From the NCBI GenBank assembly GCA_965645245.1, contig OZ287080.1, forward strand, positions 1,054,001 to 1,118,000: 64,000 nt of DNA. The letters are read 5' to 3'. Position numbers and translations under genes: made by a program. Shown one piece after another: positions 49,987-62,803 of the stretch. Source of the DNA: Massalongia carnosa. Lineage: Eukaryota. The stretch's first letter is position 1. Each line of letters opens with the position of its first letter. The notes below the pieces were generated by a model, which saw only the letters and a list, made by a program, of their open reading frames with translations, did no database searches and was not told where the DNA came from.

Positions 49987-52900
49987 TGACTGCGCAGGCG
50001 CATGATGATACTTCGTATAGAAGGCTAATACTGGATCTATGAATGGAGGCATTGATGGTCAATCCATGAAGGCGGAAAAAGAGGTTAGTCGGAGGCCCGC
50101 AAGAGAGTGGGAAAGGTGCCTTAAGATTGGCAGCAACAGGCGCTGTTCCTCATGCAGTTTTTGCTGGGAATTCAGTTCCCAAAATGACCTTTCCAAAAAT
50201 GGCCAGCATAGAGGTGGATGAGGTTTTTCTAGATAGGCACCGCCGCCAACAAAGAACTACGATCACATCGAGCCGAGCATCAGCACAAACTGAGCGTCAA
50301 TTAGGAGTAACGATGGTTAGGAAGGTTCAAAAGTATAGGAATGAGTTCGAATAGGTAGAAAAACGCCAGGGGAGTTGCGCTCGTTTGAATGGCGGGTGTT
50401 TTCGCAAGACGCTTTACTCTGTGCAATTGTACCTAGATGAGTCGAATCCTAGGTACTAAAAAAGCGCATCTTGAATGAATATGCAAGAATAATTCATCGC
50501 GTGAATGACCGAGTGGACGAGCTCCATACATAGTGTTAACCAGGAAATGTCATGCAAGTTGTCAGCTTTCGTCCCCCGGGGGTGGGACTTTTTCTTCTCT
50601 TTTTCCCCCGGAGATCACGCTCTCGCGATTGCAAGTTATCTATCGTTCGTCCCGTGGCAAGAAAGCAACAAAACCGACGAAACACAATGACTACAGTACG
50701 GTGTGATGCAGTGCGGACCTAAAAACAGAAAACCCCAGGACTTCCCTTTTCCAGATACCAGACCCCAGCCCACCGCTCGCGGAAGGCTGGGTATCGCCAC
50801 CAAAGCATCTCGAATCCCGCCGCAGAGGAATTGCGCCATGTCCTATCTACGGATCCTAATATGGGAAATTTATATCGCTTGCTGCGCTGGGGGCTCCGAC
50901 ATCTCTTGATGCGGGCAGAGATCGGGGGTGCAAAGGAGTTGTTACAGGGGTAGGAAGCACCCATGACTCGGTGTATCTGTCAGCTTTTCTTAGCATACGT
51001 TACAAGAGGAATCCAACAACGAGAAACAGAAAACTGGAGGAAGATTGAGGTTGCGATTCGATTGATCACTTACTGCCGGAAGGAAGGAAGGTGAGAGGTC
51101 CGTTTCTAGATTGCTTCGATCTGATGGGGTTTAGTGTCCGCACGCACAGAGGCGGCAGTGTAACGGTTCGACCATGCTTGGTGCGGACGGCAGGGCCTAC
51201 AGCGAACATAGCAGGAGTCCCAGTTATAGTAGAATAGAGCTTGGTCTGCGGACTAAGTATTATGCCTTTTGGTCGGGAGGACAAGTGGCGCAATGGTAGA
51301 AATCTATTCACTATCTCGCTTTGTCACAGAATCTATATGGGTTCACGTATCCATTCTCAATCATGTGCTCTGGGAGCTCGCCTGCTTCCACTGCTCCTTT
51401 TCCCGATGCCCATTCTGAGATAGCGACCTGTGAGTGCATATTTACTCCAAGGCTGATCTGATGGACCAAGTCCAAGGACCCCTCAACTTTAGAAGCGAGC
51501 GCCAAATGTCCTCACTTATCAGATCGCCCAGCTACGATCAAGTCACCCGGTGAAGGATCGATCTAGCCCACCTCACAAGAAGAGAGGATGTCTCTTCTCC
51601 GAAAGCAGACGGCAATGAGCCCTTCGTCATATGAAGCTAGGTGTAATCACATCTTCTAGCCGTGTACTGCTTCATTACGAGAATAGGTTTCGAGCAGCAG
51701 ATGGATAGGTGCTCCTTAGGCGACGTATTCTATTTATTACCATTGGCTTCATCTAGGACTGAAGAAACGAAATTGTTGTGGCTGACTTTGTCGGGGGGGC
51801 GGAGAACCAAAGTCTGTCTGAACCGGGAATGATATGGCAGACTTACTCAGCCAATGAGATACAATTGTTACGATCGGAGGAAGTATGAGGGGTAAAAGCT
51901 AGAAGGGCAGGTTAATGAGGTCTAGATGCAAAGCATTCATCTAAATGCGTCCAGTTATTCGCCAAAAAAAAGGACAGCTTGACTGGGACTACAGCCTAAG
52001 CAGGAAGCGTAGCACTACTAAGCTGTAGTTGCCATGTAGCGTCTTGCAGCATTTTTCTTCATGTCAGGAGCTGCTCGCCGTTGAAGAATAAGTCTTTCGT
52101 CCGGTTTTCTTGATCAAGATCTCCGGCGGTAGCATTACTATTACTTGATGATTTCCCCATCCTGCTGATTAATCCATACATCGATCTTGCTTAGTTTTAT
52201 GGCAGCAAACCACGTCATCCATTAGTCCCCCTCTTAATGCTTTGGAGAGTATCCGGACTAACTGGGAATCAGAAGCGACTGGCCTGTTGGAGTGATTTGG
52301 CGGAAAATCTATTATTTGGGCGCAAGCGGAACTCTCAATCCGGGCCAGCAACTTACCTCCACCAAAACCCCAAGCACGGCAGGGCCAATTTTTAACCTAA
52401 TACACACCCACAGGATTCGGGGGTTGACGGTGTCAAAAGGCTTATCATGTTAGGGATAACCGATGGTTTCTCATTCCATTTTCCTGATAGCATCGGATTG
52501 GTAAGTGCTGCCTCGTTTATTATTTGGTTTTGGTCAAGCATTCGCAATGAGCCTTAGGCGCGCCGGGGTAATCTGGAAAATTCCCAAGCAACGAAATAAT
52601 CTATCGGACCAGGCGTCCAGCTGCTTGTATCAAGCTATGGGATCTTCCCCAAGTTGTAGTGGTAGATGGCTCAGGCTCTGGATCATGTGGAGTTCTCCTC
52701 TCCCTTGAACCAGGCCAAAAATGCTGATCAATCCACGCTAGCTTTGCTGAGTTACCTGTACTACCCTCTTGATCTGGGATGCGTCCTCACTCGCCTGCTA
52801 GTCATCATATATCTCCCAATTCTGGCACTGCTAAAATTTCTGCTCCCCCTAGATGGAAGGTGTAGAGGGAGAGAGAGAGAGAGAGAAAACCAGTGGTTCC

Positions 52901-54320
52901 TGACATCTATGTATCACGTATGCTTATAATGAGATCAAAAATTTATGTGTCTGTCTGAGATTCTCTCTTCTGGTTGATTTCCCCTGGACGTTGTTGATGG
53001 GGCATAGCCAATATAGTGAGTCGTCCCAAGATCCCTGGTATCTCCAAACAGTTCCAGGAACGGTTGGACCAGGAAATCCAGAAGGCTATAGAGTTCGGAG
53101 AATGTGCTAGGAACGCCAGGATAGAGGCTACAAGCCAATGCTCGATGTGCGAAGGGGCTTTCCATTGCAAGCGCTCACCAAAAATTTAGCAGCTTACAAA
53201 GATGGCTTAGAGAAGATGACTGACGTTCTCGACTTGAGCATATTTGGGAGTCCCCGTCAGGAACTTCTCGCCAGTAGCGGGAATATTTTCGAGGAACCAC
53301 CAACTGAATAAGGCAAAGCATAGTTGCATTGAAACAAATCAAACGAATTAAACCCTAGCGGAAGCATTGAATGGTCAATGCCGCTAGGACCTCAGTGAAA
53401 TGAAAATTAAGCTCTGGTCGAGATGTAGGCGGTCAATGGGTTTCAAGAAGTATGTAAAGTAAATACTATCAAGAAATAGAAAGGAGCGCTTCAGCATGTT
53501 GCGCAGAATACATGGAGGAACGAGAGCACTTAAAGTTATACCAACAGTCTGATGCATCTAGTAAATCCCGTGAAGGACCATGGCGCCGCCAGCCGTTTTC
53601 GTACTTGGATATATAGTGATTTCAATGGCCTAATTTATTCGGGTAATTCTGGGCCATAACGTGATTTGGCCCAGAATGTACAAAGTACAGTATCTAGTTG
53701 AGAAAGAACAGCGTGAGCCAGTCCTTCATTCTTCAGCATAGGACCTGACGTCTGGGAGACGGCATTGTTTACCCGAACTTTGTCGAAACCCTGGACTCCA
53801 AGTTGCTCGACCCTCTCCCACTTTCTGGTAGTTAGTCAAGCCGCTTTGCCACCAGCATGTTATGCCCTTCAACGCATAAAAGTGCTCTAGTCTAACTTGT
53901 ATTCGTGAGAATGAAAAGTTTCAAGTGAGCGAACGGCTAGAATCCTCGTCACCAAAAGCTCTTCGAAATCAAGAGCGTTGAGCCTCCTTCAACACTGCAC
54001 GACCGTGATCGTAGATAAATGTGTGTTCTTCAAATATCGTTACAATTTGACGTTAAATAATAATGAAAATTATTTACTCGTCTTTTAGTCAATAGTTGAC
54101 CTTGAACATTGGTTTCAAAAAATAAGGATTGATGGCTGACAACGAACGTTTTGACTTTAACTATTTCTATTATTTATTTTTAAGATGTAACAAACAGCAC
54201 GGCATTTCTTGTACAAACTCTCAAGCTTGACTGATTCTATTGAGACAACGCCATGCGCCTGTCCGACTTGTCTTCCTCTCCGCGACACTTGAAATCAAGA
54301 CAGCTACTCTTTCGGACGGC

Positions 54321-56733
54321 TTACTCGCCATCAGTGTCGGTATCCGTGTCTGTCTCGCTCGTATCCTCTCCGCCTTCACCCTCTGTATCGCTTTCATCAT
54401 CGCTGGAATCCGCCGACGCACGCTTTTTGGAACGTTTATGGGGTGCACCCGCCAGACCGCCGGATTTCAGAGCATTCATTTGGCCTGCCAAGGAATCTGT
54501 AGAAGATTAGCTGACTGATCTTACCCTACAGTACGCTGGGAGAAAGTCTGGGGAAAAAAACACATACCCTCTTCCGGCTCACTAATCTCATCCTCTTCGT
54601 TCATCTCGATTGCCTTCGCACTGTCCTCCACATTCAATATGACATCCATCTTGCTGTCCATCCCAATATAGCTGTCGCAGATCAAGTGCATAACAAAAGG
54701 ATATTTCCCGGCCTGGGATGGAGCCTGGAACTGCATTTTAAATGTTTGCATATTGAAAGTGGGCTTCCCAGCATCATCCAACACGGGCTTGTTGAACGTA
54801 GTGAACGTGAAAGGCGGCACCGCGACCTTTCCTAACTTGCTGTCTCCAAGGAAAACATGCCAGCGAGGAGAATGATCTCGGGCGAAGTAGGGAGCGTAGG
54901 CTAGAGGTGGCTGGAGCGGTTTCTCATCCGACGTCGAAGACTGAGTGTTTCCATCAAGTATTTTAGCTTTTTTACTTTGTGTTTTCCGGCCAAGTAAAGC
55001 ATCCAAGTCGCCCTCGTCTGGGTCAACATCTTCTAAGTCCAGCTCGTTTACCTCTGGAACATTAGCGCTTCCTGGCGGGATGACTCGCACTTTAACCACC
55101 AGTTGCACCAAGCTACCTGTTGTTATGAATTTCTCTCCCATTACCTTGAAAAATGCCTTTTCAACGTTGAGCAAGGGGAGTTGCCGAGCTACCGCAACAA
55201 CGGCATTGTATTGGCCGGGAGTTAATACATCGCGTTGGTCAGTGGCTAACTTGCGTCGCTTGTATTCAGGCATTTCCATGAACTGTTGGACGGTCAAGTG
55301 GTTTCTTGAATTTTGTCCTTCGATCGCCTGGGCAATTGATGGGGTTATATACGGTAGCTGGAGTAATGGAGACGAGTTGGGCGGAACGGCTTGGATCAGA
55401 TGCTGCGATGCTCGATACGCGGACAGCAAAGCGGGGATACTGGCAAACGCAAGGGCGATAGCAATGAACGAGTCGTTCATCGCAAGCGCGAGAGGTGCGA
55501 CTTCATACTTTTCTATCCAAATGTCAAAATTAGGAAGCTGAAATCAACCGTGAAACAGCTTACCATCATCCAATGTAGATCCGTCTAGCCTGACTCGTCC
55601 CAAGTATGCCCAGAGCAAAGCTAAGGCTTTTCTCCGGACTCCTTCAAGTCCTTGGAGAATCTCGCGATCCTTAAGTGTCAGGCCTGCCAGGCTAGAACTG
55701 GTGTCAGCATCCTCGAGGATTTTTTTTTCGATTCTTCCCAACCCGGAATCAGCCTTGTTCCCTTTCAACACGTCCTTGAACTCTTCGCCAGAACTTAGCG
55801 CAGCGATGACACCACCATCTACAATGTCTTCTTTGTATTCCCTAAAAAGATTGCCCGCGCTTGCAAGGAGTACGTTTTCTCGGGTCATCCGCTGGGTTCC
55901 ATACCACCACTTACCAACAATGTATGGTAACAAAACACCAAGTAGCAAGCCGTAAACGAGTAATACGTATTTGCCGTTACCATCCGTGATAATGAACTTT
56001 GGTAAAGCGATACCGATACTGAAACTTTGCTTTCCATCCGGATGGCCATATTGGATGAAGTTATTCCGCACCTCCTCATCCGTTAAGGCTTTGTAGGCTT
56101 TCGACAGCTCAACCCAGTAGTCGTTGATGTCCTCCGCGGTCTGATTCTTAGACTCGTCTACGCGCGCTTTATCGGGATGATATACGCGGGATAGGTCCTT
56201 ATATCTTCTCTTGATCTGCTGCTCACTAGCCGACTAAAGATAGAGTCAGCTAGTATTGGGAACAGATGCCGATTTTTCCCCCTCACCCTTGAGATGTCCA
56301 GTATATTATACGGATCCCAAATCTGGGGTACCGTCCTTGTCGTTACAATAATCAAGTAAATCATCCACGCCATCATCAGATATCCCACCACTACCGTGAT
56401 TATCCTTTTTAACCTCCTCTCCCGCCGCCATTGTTTTCTTCTCTGCCCCTGAATAAGATCTCCATCTTGAGGTTTGAAGTCCGATTTTATTCGAGGGGCT
56501 GTGCTCTCGAGTTCTACTTATATGTCAGGGAAATTCATTGGGTTTGGCCATCGTGCAGCACATTATTCAGACCTTTACTTGGCTTCAGGAGAGAATAGGT
56601 CAAGGGAAAAGCGACAAGGCCCGAGATGGTGAGCACGAAGAATGGGAAAAACTGGCCCTGTTCTTGGGTCAGCGTAGCACTAAAGGCAGGAGTGGAAATA
56701 TACCTTATCATCATACGAATAATCTGTAGACAT
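54321..56733 (-). CDS. SEC63: Translocon subunit Sec63 (J-domain + Sec63/Brl domain), 6 exons
   Basis: MSTDYSYDDKGQFFPFF, IWDPYNIL, YHPDK (J-domain), QYGHPDGKQSFSIGIALP, YAPYFARDHSPRW, CDSYIGMD, acidic tail DTDTDGE*. Confidence 0.96.
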
Positions 56734-57828
56734 CGCAACGGCAGGCCTCTTTGGAAACTTATGCGCACTTTCGTGTCAAACGGTGACTTAGAGAGAAGAA
56801 ATCGACATTATCTGAACAATGCTATGTCTGAAAATTTATTGTGACGATGTCTTGAGGCGCAAATCGTTCGTGGGAAGAGTAAAGCCATAAAATTGCAAAT
56901 ATTGATAGTTTTGGAAAGAACACCTTTATGTCGGCGATCAGGGAGCTAGAAGCCAATAGGTGCACACTTCAACTAGTTATTTAACCGCTTGTGCACTAGT
57001 TCCTTGATTAAGCCATACGTTATCACGTGAAATCTGAAAATAGAGCTTAGATCATTTGGTTCTCTATACGGATACTTAAATACAAGGTACACAACTTCCT
57101 ATACATGATGCACGGAAAGCATCGTCATGTCTCCCTCTCAATATACTGCTAACTGCCTGCCTTGTTGATCGATTTGCTCACTGGAAAAAATCAGAACTAG
57201 GTTCCAACGGCCCAGGCGGGTAGAAAATATGAATATAAACGTTCGTGTCGTTATTTTTCCTAAGCATTCTCCGCTCGAAGAGAAATGTATACCTAACAGT
57301 TTTCGGACTTCATGCTTAAGGGGTGAGGGTTATTAGATCCATTGATGTTTCCTCAAAGCTTCAAGCCTTCTCTTCCTTCCTAAACCCCATTTAGTTTTTC
57401 CCAGAGAAAATCTTGCCCTGTTTTTTATCTTGCTTGTTACCTTTTCGTTAACCTCTGAAAGACGCCAGATTACTGTTGATAACTCCTAACAAAAGAAAAA
57501 TGCACTACACTCCACAGAGCCTCAGCCTTCCAGAACATCATAATTACCTACCAGGACTTAAACGCTTTATTCATGTCTAGATGCAGTAGACTCTCGACGC
57601 AATGGAAACTGCGATACCATTATGGATAAACTCTAAAACTCATTACCCTCTCGACGTCGAACGGGTTTTAATTTAGATATAAGCAGTTCTTAGAAACCCA
57701 GTATTCTTTAAATGCAAGGAAGCTTGCAATTCCTTTGTCATGCACAAGCGACAGCAGGGCGAACATATTCTGAAGAGCATATATTCTCAATATCATTGAA
57801 GAGAAGCATCTACATTAATTGTTGCTCC

Positions 57829-58710
57829 CTAGTACCTTTCTCCGTCCGATAATATTTCGATTAGTCGAGCAGCAATTAGGCTACCCATTAGTTTGTAGCC
57901 TTCTTTTCCTAGATGCAATCCATCATTCCAAATAACTTCCCGTTTCTTTTCATCCATCGAATAATAGGGAATCTTGGAACAAATATCCATAAAGTACCTG
58001 GATGATGTATAAGTATTTTTGCGAGCGCTGAATGTTTACAGACATGAGAGGACGCGGACCCATGACAAGAGAAAGTTTACTGACCACCACTCGTCTTCAT
58101 GGTTTGCGATCAGTGAGTTCAATTGATTGCGTCTTTGTATCAGAGTCTTGCTAGTATACTCGGTTTCTAGAACGTTAAGCGCGAGGACTTTCGCTCCTGT
58201 CTGTAAAGCTGTCCTATAACATTTTTCTATATGCATGTTTGTTAGCCATTTCTTAAACAAGAACATCCGAGCTTGAATAAAAAACCCTCCCAAAAAACTG
58301 TTCTGAGCAGCTATCATTTACATATTGAACGTGCTGGAAGTCCACGATGCAAACAATACAAACAATGTAGAAAAGCACACACTTAAACCTTCATAAATCT
58401 CCTCTGGCTGTGTCCCCAAGCCAAGATCATTCGTCCCACCCAAACAGATTATCCAATCGTAGGGCGTGGCTGATGAAGCTAAGCATTTTGACTCGAGACG
58501 CAGGAGAAAGCGGCCCTGACGACCTGTAACGAAGTCTCCAGAGTGCGCTTCAACGTCAATAGTGATGTTTGTCGATCTGAACGTTTGCTTCAAGGGTGCA
58601 TGCATATAATCTGCGTATGGGAAAAACGAATAACCCCAATCAGTATAGCCCTCCGTGAGCGAGTCGCCGAAGCATAAAACTCGGAGTTCTTTTGGGTGGA
58701 GAGGGTCCAT
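57829..58710 (-). CDS. SGNH/GDSL hydrolase-type esterase, 3 exons
   Basis: LCFGDSLTEGY, ICLGGTNDLG and WNDGLHLGKEGYKLMG; two GT-AG introns. Confidence 0.9.
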
Positions 58711-59689
58711 GCTGGCGTTGGGTTAGAAATATACTTTTATTTAGACGAAGTATTTACTTAACGATTGCAAGCTTGAGTCTAAGAAACTTGATAACGAAGT
58801 AATACAAATAAATATTTAGACATCGACGGCGTTTTCTAGTATTATGTCAGCGTAAATGATCCTTAGTGGTAAGTTATTTAATACAGATATGTCCCAATCA
58901 TTGAGAAGCTTTAAATGTACACAATGTTAAGGTAGTCTCCAGGCGTTCTCAGTCTTGTATGATTAGATCTTAACCCCCATCAGCCATGAGCATATACGTA
59001 GTCAAGATTCGTTTCAAAAGCGCCGTCTCAGTTCTACTTCAATATCATCGTTTTTGGCACAGACAACTTTATCAAAACTGAAGAATCACTCAACCCATAC
59101 CAGGCCCTCCTCAAATCGTCCTCTTACGCTTTATCCTTACCCGTCTATCTGATCAACCACTTCCAAACCTCTTCTGTCGCTCGTCTTCCGTTCTATCGTC
59201 CTTTGCGTCCTCCATTTCTCCTTCTTGCCACCCTCTCTAGTCCTTGTTAGACCCAAAGTCTCCCGACTATCCTCCAATGTGCCTCTCCTGTATAGCCAGG
59301 ACATTAGTCGTCCTAATTTGAACATATCATATCTGTGCCCATTCATCAACAAAAATTTTGCCCTTTTAGCCTCTATAGATAAAGAGGAGACGATGGAATT
59401 ATTGTATCACAACCCTTGGTACAGAGTCAGAATTAGAAAACTAGAGACTTAGAAACATTTCCAAAATACTGAAAATAGTTTGTAAATTTGAGGTAACGTT
59501 ATTTAGTTAGTAAAATCGAGAAAACAATCACAACGACATCCCATTGATTCTAATTCATGAATCTTTCACCTTTTAGAGGCATCGACGGAACTCGAATTCA
59601 TGAAGTAATTCATGAAATAATTCTTCCTGAAAGAATTTTAAGAACGCTGTCTTGAGCTCGTATTTTGAGCTTACATGAATCGTCGGCTC

Positions 59690-60580
59690 TGTTGGAATAC
59701 TCGCTTAGCCCCATTAGATCTAGCTCAGCCCTGCAGGCTGCCATGACTGCTATAAGCAGTCACCTCCGTAGTAATTTCAACATTATGCCGTCAACTGTTT
59801 ATTTAACAGGTTATGAGTCCCGGGTTTGTGCTTTGCGCCCCTCCGACGGCATCCTTCATGCATAGACTACGTACTATCATGTCGTATCAAGAAGATGATG
59901 AGGTGAAAGTTCAGACGTGGAAAGCGCGAAAACGAAGCGGAAACGACATCGAAAGGGATGAGAAACGAAGCGGAAACGAAGCGGAAACGTCATCGAAAGT
60001 GGTGTACGTACGAAACGTGCTGAGGAGGACATCTACAATGGGCGGTGCCTCGAAGACTTCACATCTTGCATTACTGGTCAGATCAGCAAGGGGAGATAAA
60101 AGCCCTGCGATCAGGCCACCAACGTCAATGGTCTGCGGGAAAATGTCTAACAGAGACATCGAGAAAAGCCCTGCTCAGGCCATCAACAAAACACGTCCAT
60201 AGTACTCTTCCCATCCACCCATACACTCACAAAAGCTACGTTTCGAGAGATGGTTATGGGTTTAATGAGGCTACAAAGCAGGACAACAAAAGACATAAGA
60301 AAGAACTACGTGCTTAGGGAAAATGGAGTCAGAGGGAGCTAGATTCGTTCCGCAAGGGGAGCGAATCGGACACAGCTGGATGAATCACTTCGCAAGGGGA
60401 GTGATAAAAGCTGGATAGTTTCAATTTTGGAGGCGAAAGGGGAGCCACGCTCGAAGGGGAGTGTTGGAATACTCGCTTAGCCCCATTAGATCTAGCTCAG
60501 CCCTGCAGGCTGCCATGACTGCTATAAGCAGTCACCTCCGTAGTAATTTCAACATTATGCCGTCAACTGTTTATTTAACA
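59690..60580 (+). mobile_element. 891-bp non-autonomous copia-type LTR element (TRIM-like)
   Basis: Identical 119-bp LTRs TG...CA (59690-59808, 60462-60580). TSD GGCTC (59685-59689, 60581-60585). PBS GGTTATGAGTCC directly after the 5' LTR; PPT GAAGGGGAG before the 3' LTR; no intact gag/pol. Confidence 0.93.
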
Positions 60581-61761
60581 GGCTCTTCCCAAAGAGATTA
60601 GCATGATAGCCCCTTCATCTGAGAAGCATGAGATATGAGCTAGGAATAGATATTCATCTATAAACCCCGAAACAACTTCGCTCGAGACATGAAAGAGTCT
60701 CAAGGCCCTGTTGGATGTCCTTCATTGTCGGATTGTGGTTAATGGCCGTTATGTTAGAGAAAATGAAGAAGGACCTATGATCAAGTGTAGACATGAAGAC
60801 TTCCAACATTATAACCTTGTAGATTTCCCTTGTCAGCTAAAACTATAGCAGCGCTTAAAGGCCTGATAGACTCGATATCTTTCCGTAAACAGCCAATCTG
60901 TATTCCGATACCTACCATGTTTTCGAGTTGCGACCAGTGTAGCGAAGGGAAGCGAGCGGCCCTATACTTATAATCATGAATAACATCTTTACAATTATAT
61001 AATAGTGACCACTGCATCTTGAGAGGAAACATCGCCTTCTTATATCCAGGAAATATGCCATGATCAGGTTGGCATTGACTCTAGCAAAGATCAGAGAGCT
61101 CAAGACGACTTTTAGATTAGACGTCAAAATATATCAAAATCGTGTTCTGCAGAACTAAGTTTCTGTAAGCTGGAATGAAAGTCCGCTTGCTTTTGTGAAG
61201 CAATCTTCATGTTTCGGTACACAGAGGCGACAAATGATAGCTGGAAGACTAAAAAATAAGGATGAAATTACATAATGTGTTCCAATGAAGATTCGAGATT
61301 AAAAGACAAGAACGAGTCCGTCTAGCAAACCACGGGAACCCTGAAAGCAGCTCTAGAAAGCAAAAAGCAAGGAAGCCACCCCTAAATAGAACCTTTGTGA
61401 GGGGTCTGGAGAAATTATTTAAACTGTATCTCCACAAGTCAAACCACTGTATTGGCTACTACTTCAGACAACGGAAGACGCACCCATAGCTCCGCTGAGG
61501 GGAAATACTTCTCCTCTGTCCACTTTCTCAGAGGTCTCGTAAGCTTAGTGATACGGCCCCATTAGGTACCCCATGAAAGTAGGGATAGTAGGCATGGCTA
61601 TGAATATTATGATGTACGTAATAATTTTAAAAAGCTGTAGAAAGAAGACATGGGAAAGCTCCAGTTTAGGTCCAACCTAAACCACAAAAGGTTACATTAG
61701 TTGTTGAAAGAATTTTTGTTGGTAAAATATTATTTTTAAATCTATATTTTCAATTTAGCAA

Positions 61762-61845
61762 GGACGTGTGGCGCAATGGCAGCATTGCATCAACTCTATA
61801 AACTGATGTCCACCTTCATCAACAGTTTAGTTCGATTCCCACCTC
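61762..61845 (+). other. tRNA-like Pol III promoter remnant (A and B boxes), possibly a tRNA pseudogene or SINE head
   Basis: A box TGGCGCAATGG (61769-61779) and B box GTTCGATTCC (61830-61839); no convincing cloverleaf. Confidence 0.4.
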
Positions 61846-62803
61846 ATAAGGCAACTTGATTTGGGGGTTGATGAAAGGGAAATGAAATATCTCGAATGAG
61901 AGTAGTTTCGTAGGAATTTTTCATGGAAATACCCCATGAGTAATCCGAGCTTTTGCCCATTTTGAACTGCTTGATTTGATGGTTGAGTTGAAAATCTCTA
62001 GCCAAAGGCTCCTAGTTAGATCCTCCCTAGACACGGTTTTGATATTATTTTCTTTTTCTCTAACTATTTTTAAAGAAAGATCCTTTTCAACAAGTCAGCA
62101 AATAAAGTCCACCCAAAGTTCATAGACCAATTATCGAATATTCCGCTATCCTCTAAATTTCTGTTTTATTAATAAAGTATTTTAACGACGCGTAAGATAC
62201 CTAGATCCTTCCGCTTAGCCTTGGAGTCTCGAACAAAATAGTCAATGATTAATCTGTCTCGCTGTCGGCCCATGGCTATCCCTTCCCAGCCGTCTATTTT
62301 CTTTCGTTCAGCTATCGTGTGTCTTATAATATAGTTTCCTCATTCAAACACCATCCATATGACAACAAATGTGCGCAATACGGTGGAATTGCTTGTTTAT
62401 TCCTTCATAGCACCTCTTATCTACAATTACTAATCACCATCACACTTCCTTCTGAACACATAAGCAAGGAAACAGGATAGTACAGCTTCAGCAAACAAAA
62501 ACAGTGGCAAAGAAAATGATATGTCTCAAGGATTTAGGGTAGAAAAAGGTTCATGGGAAGAGTCACCATCCCGGAAAAAAGGTGCCGTGACTTAATCTAG
62601 GTTTGTAAATTTGAAATGAAGAAACAGGTGGCTGCTCCCTTTACGTATTTCTATAGTCATGGAGAAACATAGGCACTTCTTTGGTTGGTGGATGGACCAT
62701 ACTCTGTACTATTGCGGTTTGGTTGATGCTTTTGGCAGCAGCCGCGCGCTAGACATCAAAATGAGCCATCTTACTAAGCCCCTTCGGGTTAGCGTGATAA
62801 CTA

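Noticed and set aside
50000..54200. Numerous 60-87 aa ORFs and an isolated A-box-like TGGCGCAATGG at ~51285
   Set aside because: No motifs or coherent exon chain; no proper B box.
59130..61450. Possible decayed minus-strand gene interrupted by the TRIM
   Set aside because: Coding-like fragments, but no identifiable family motif.
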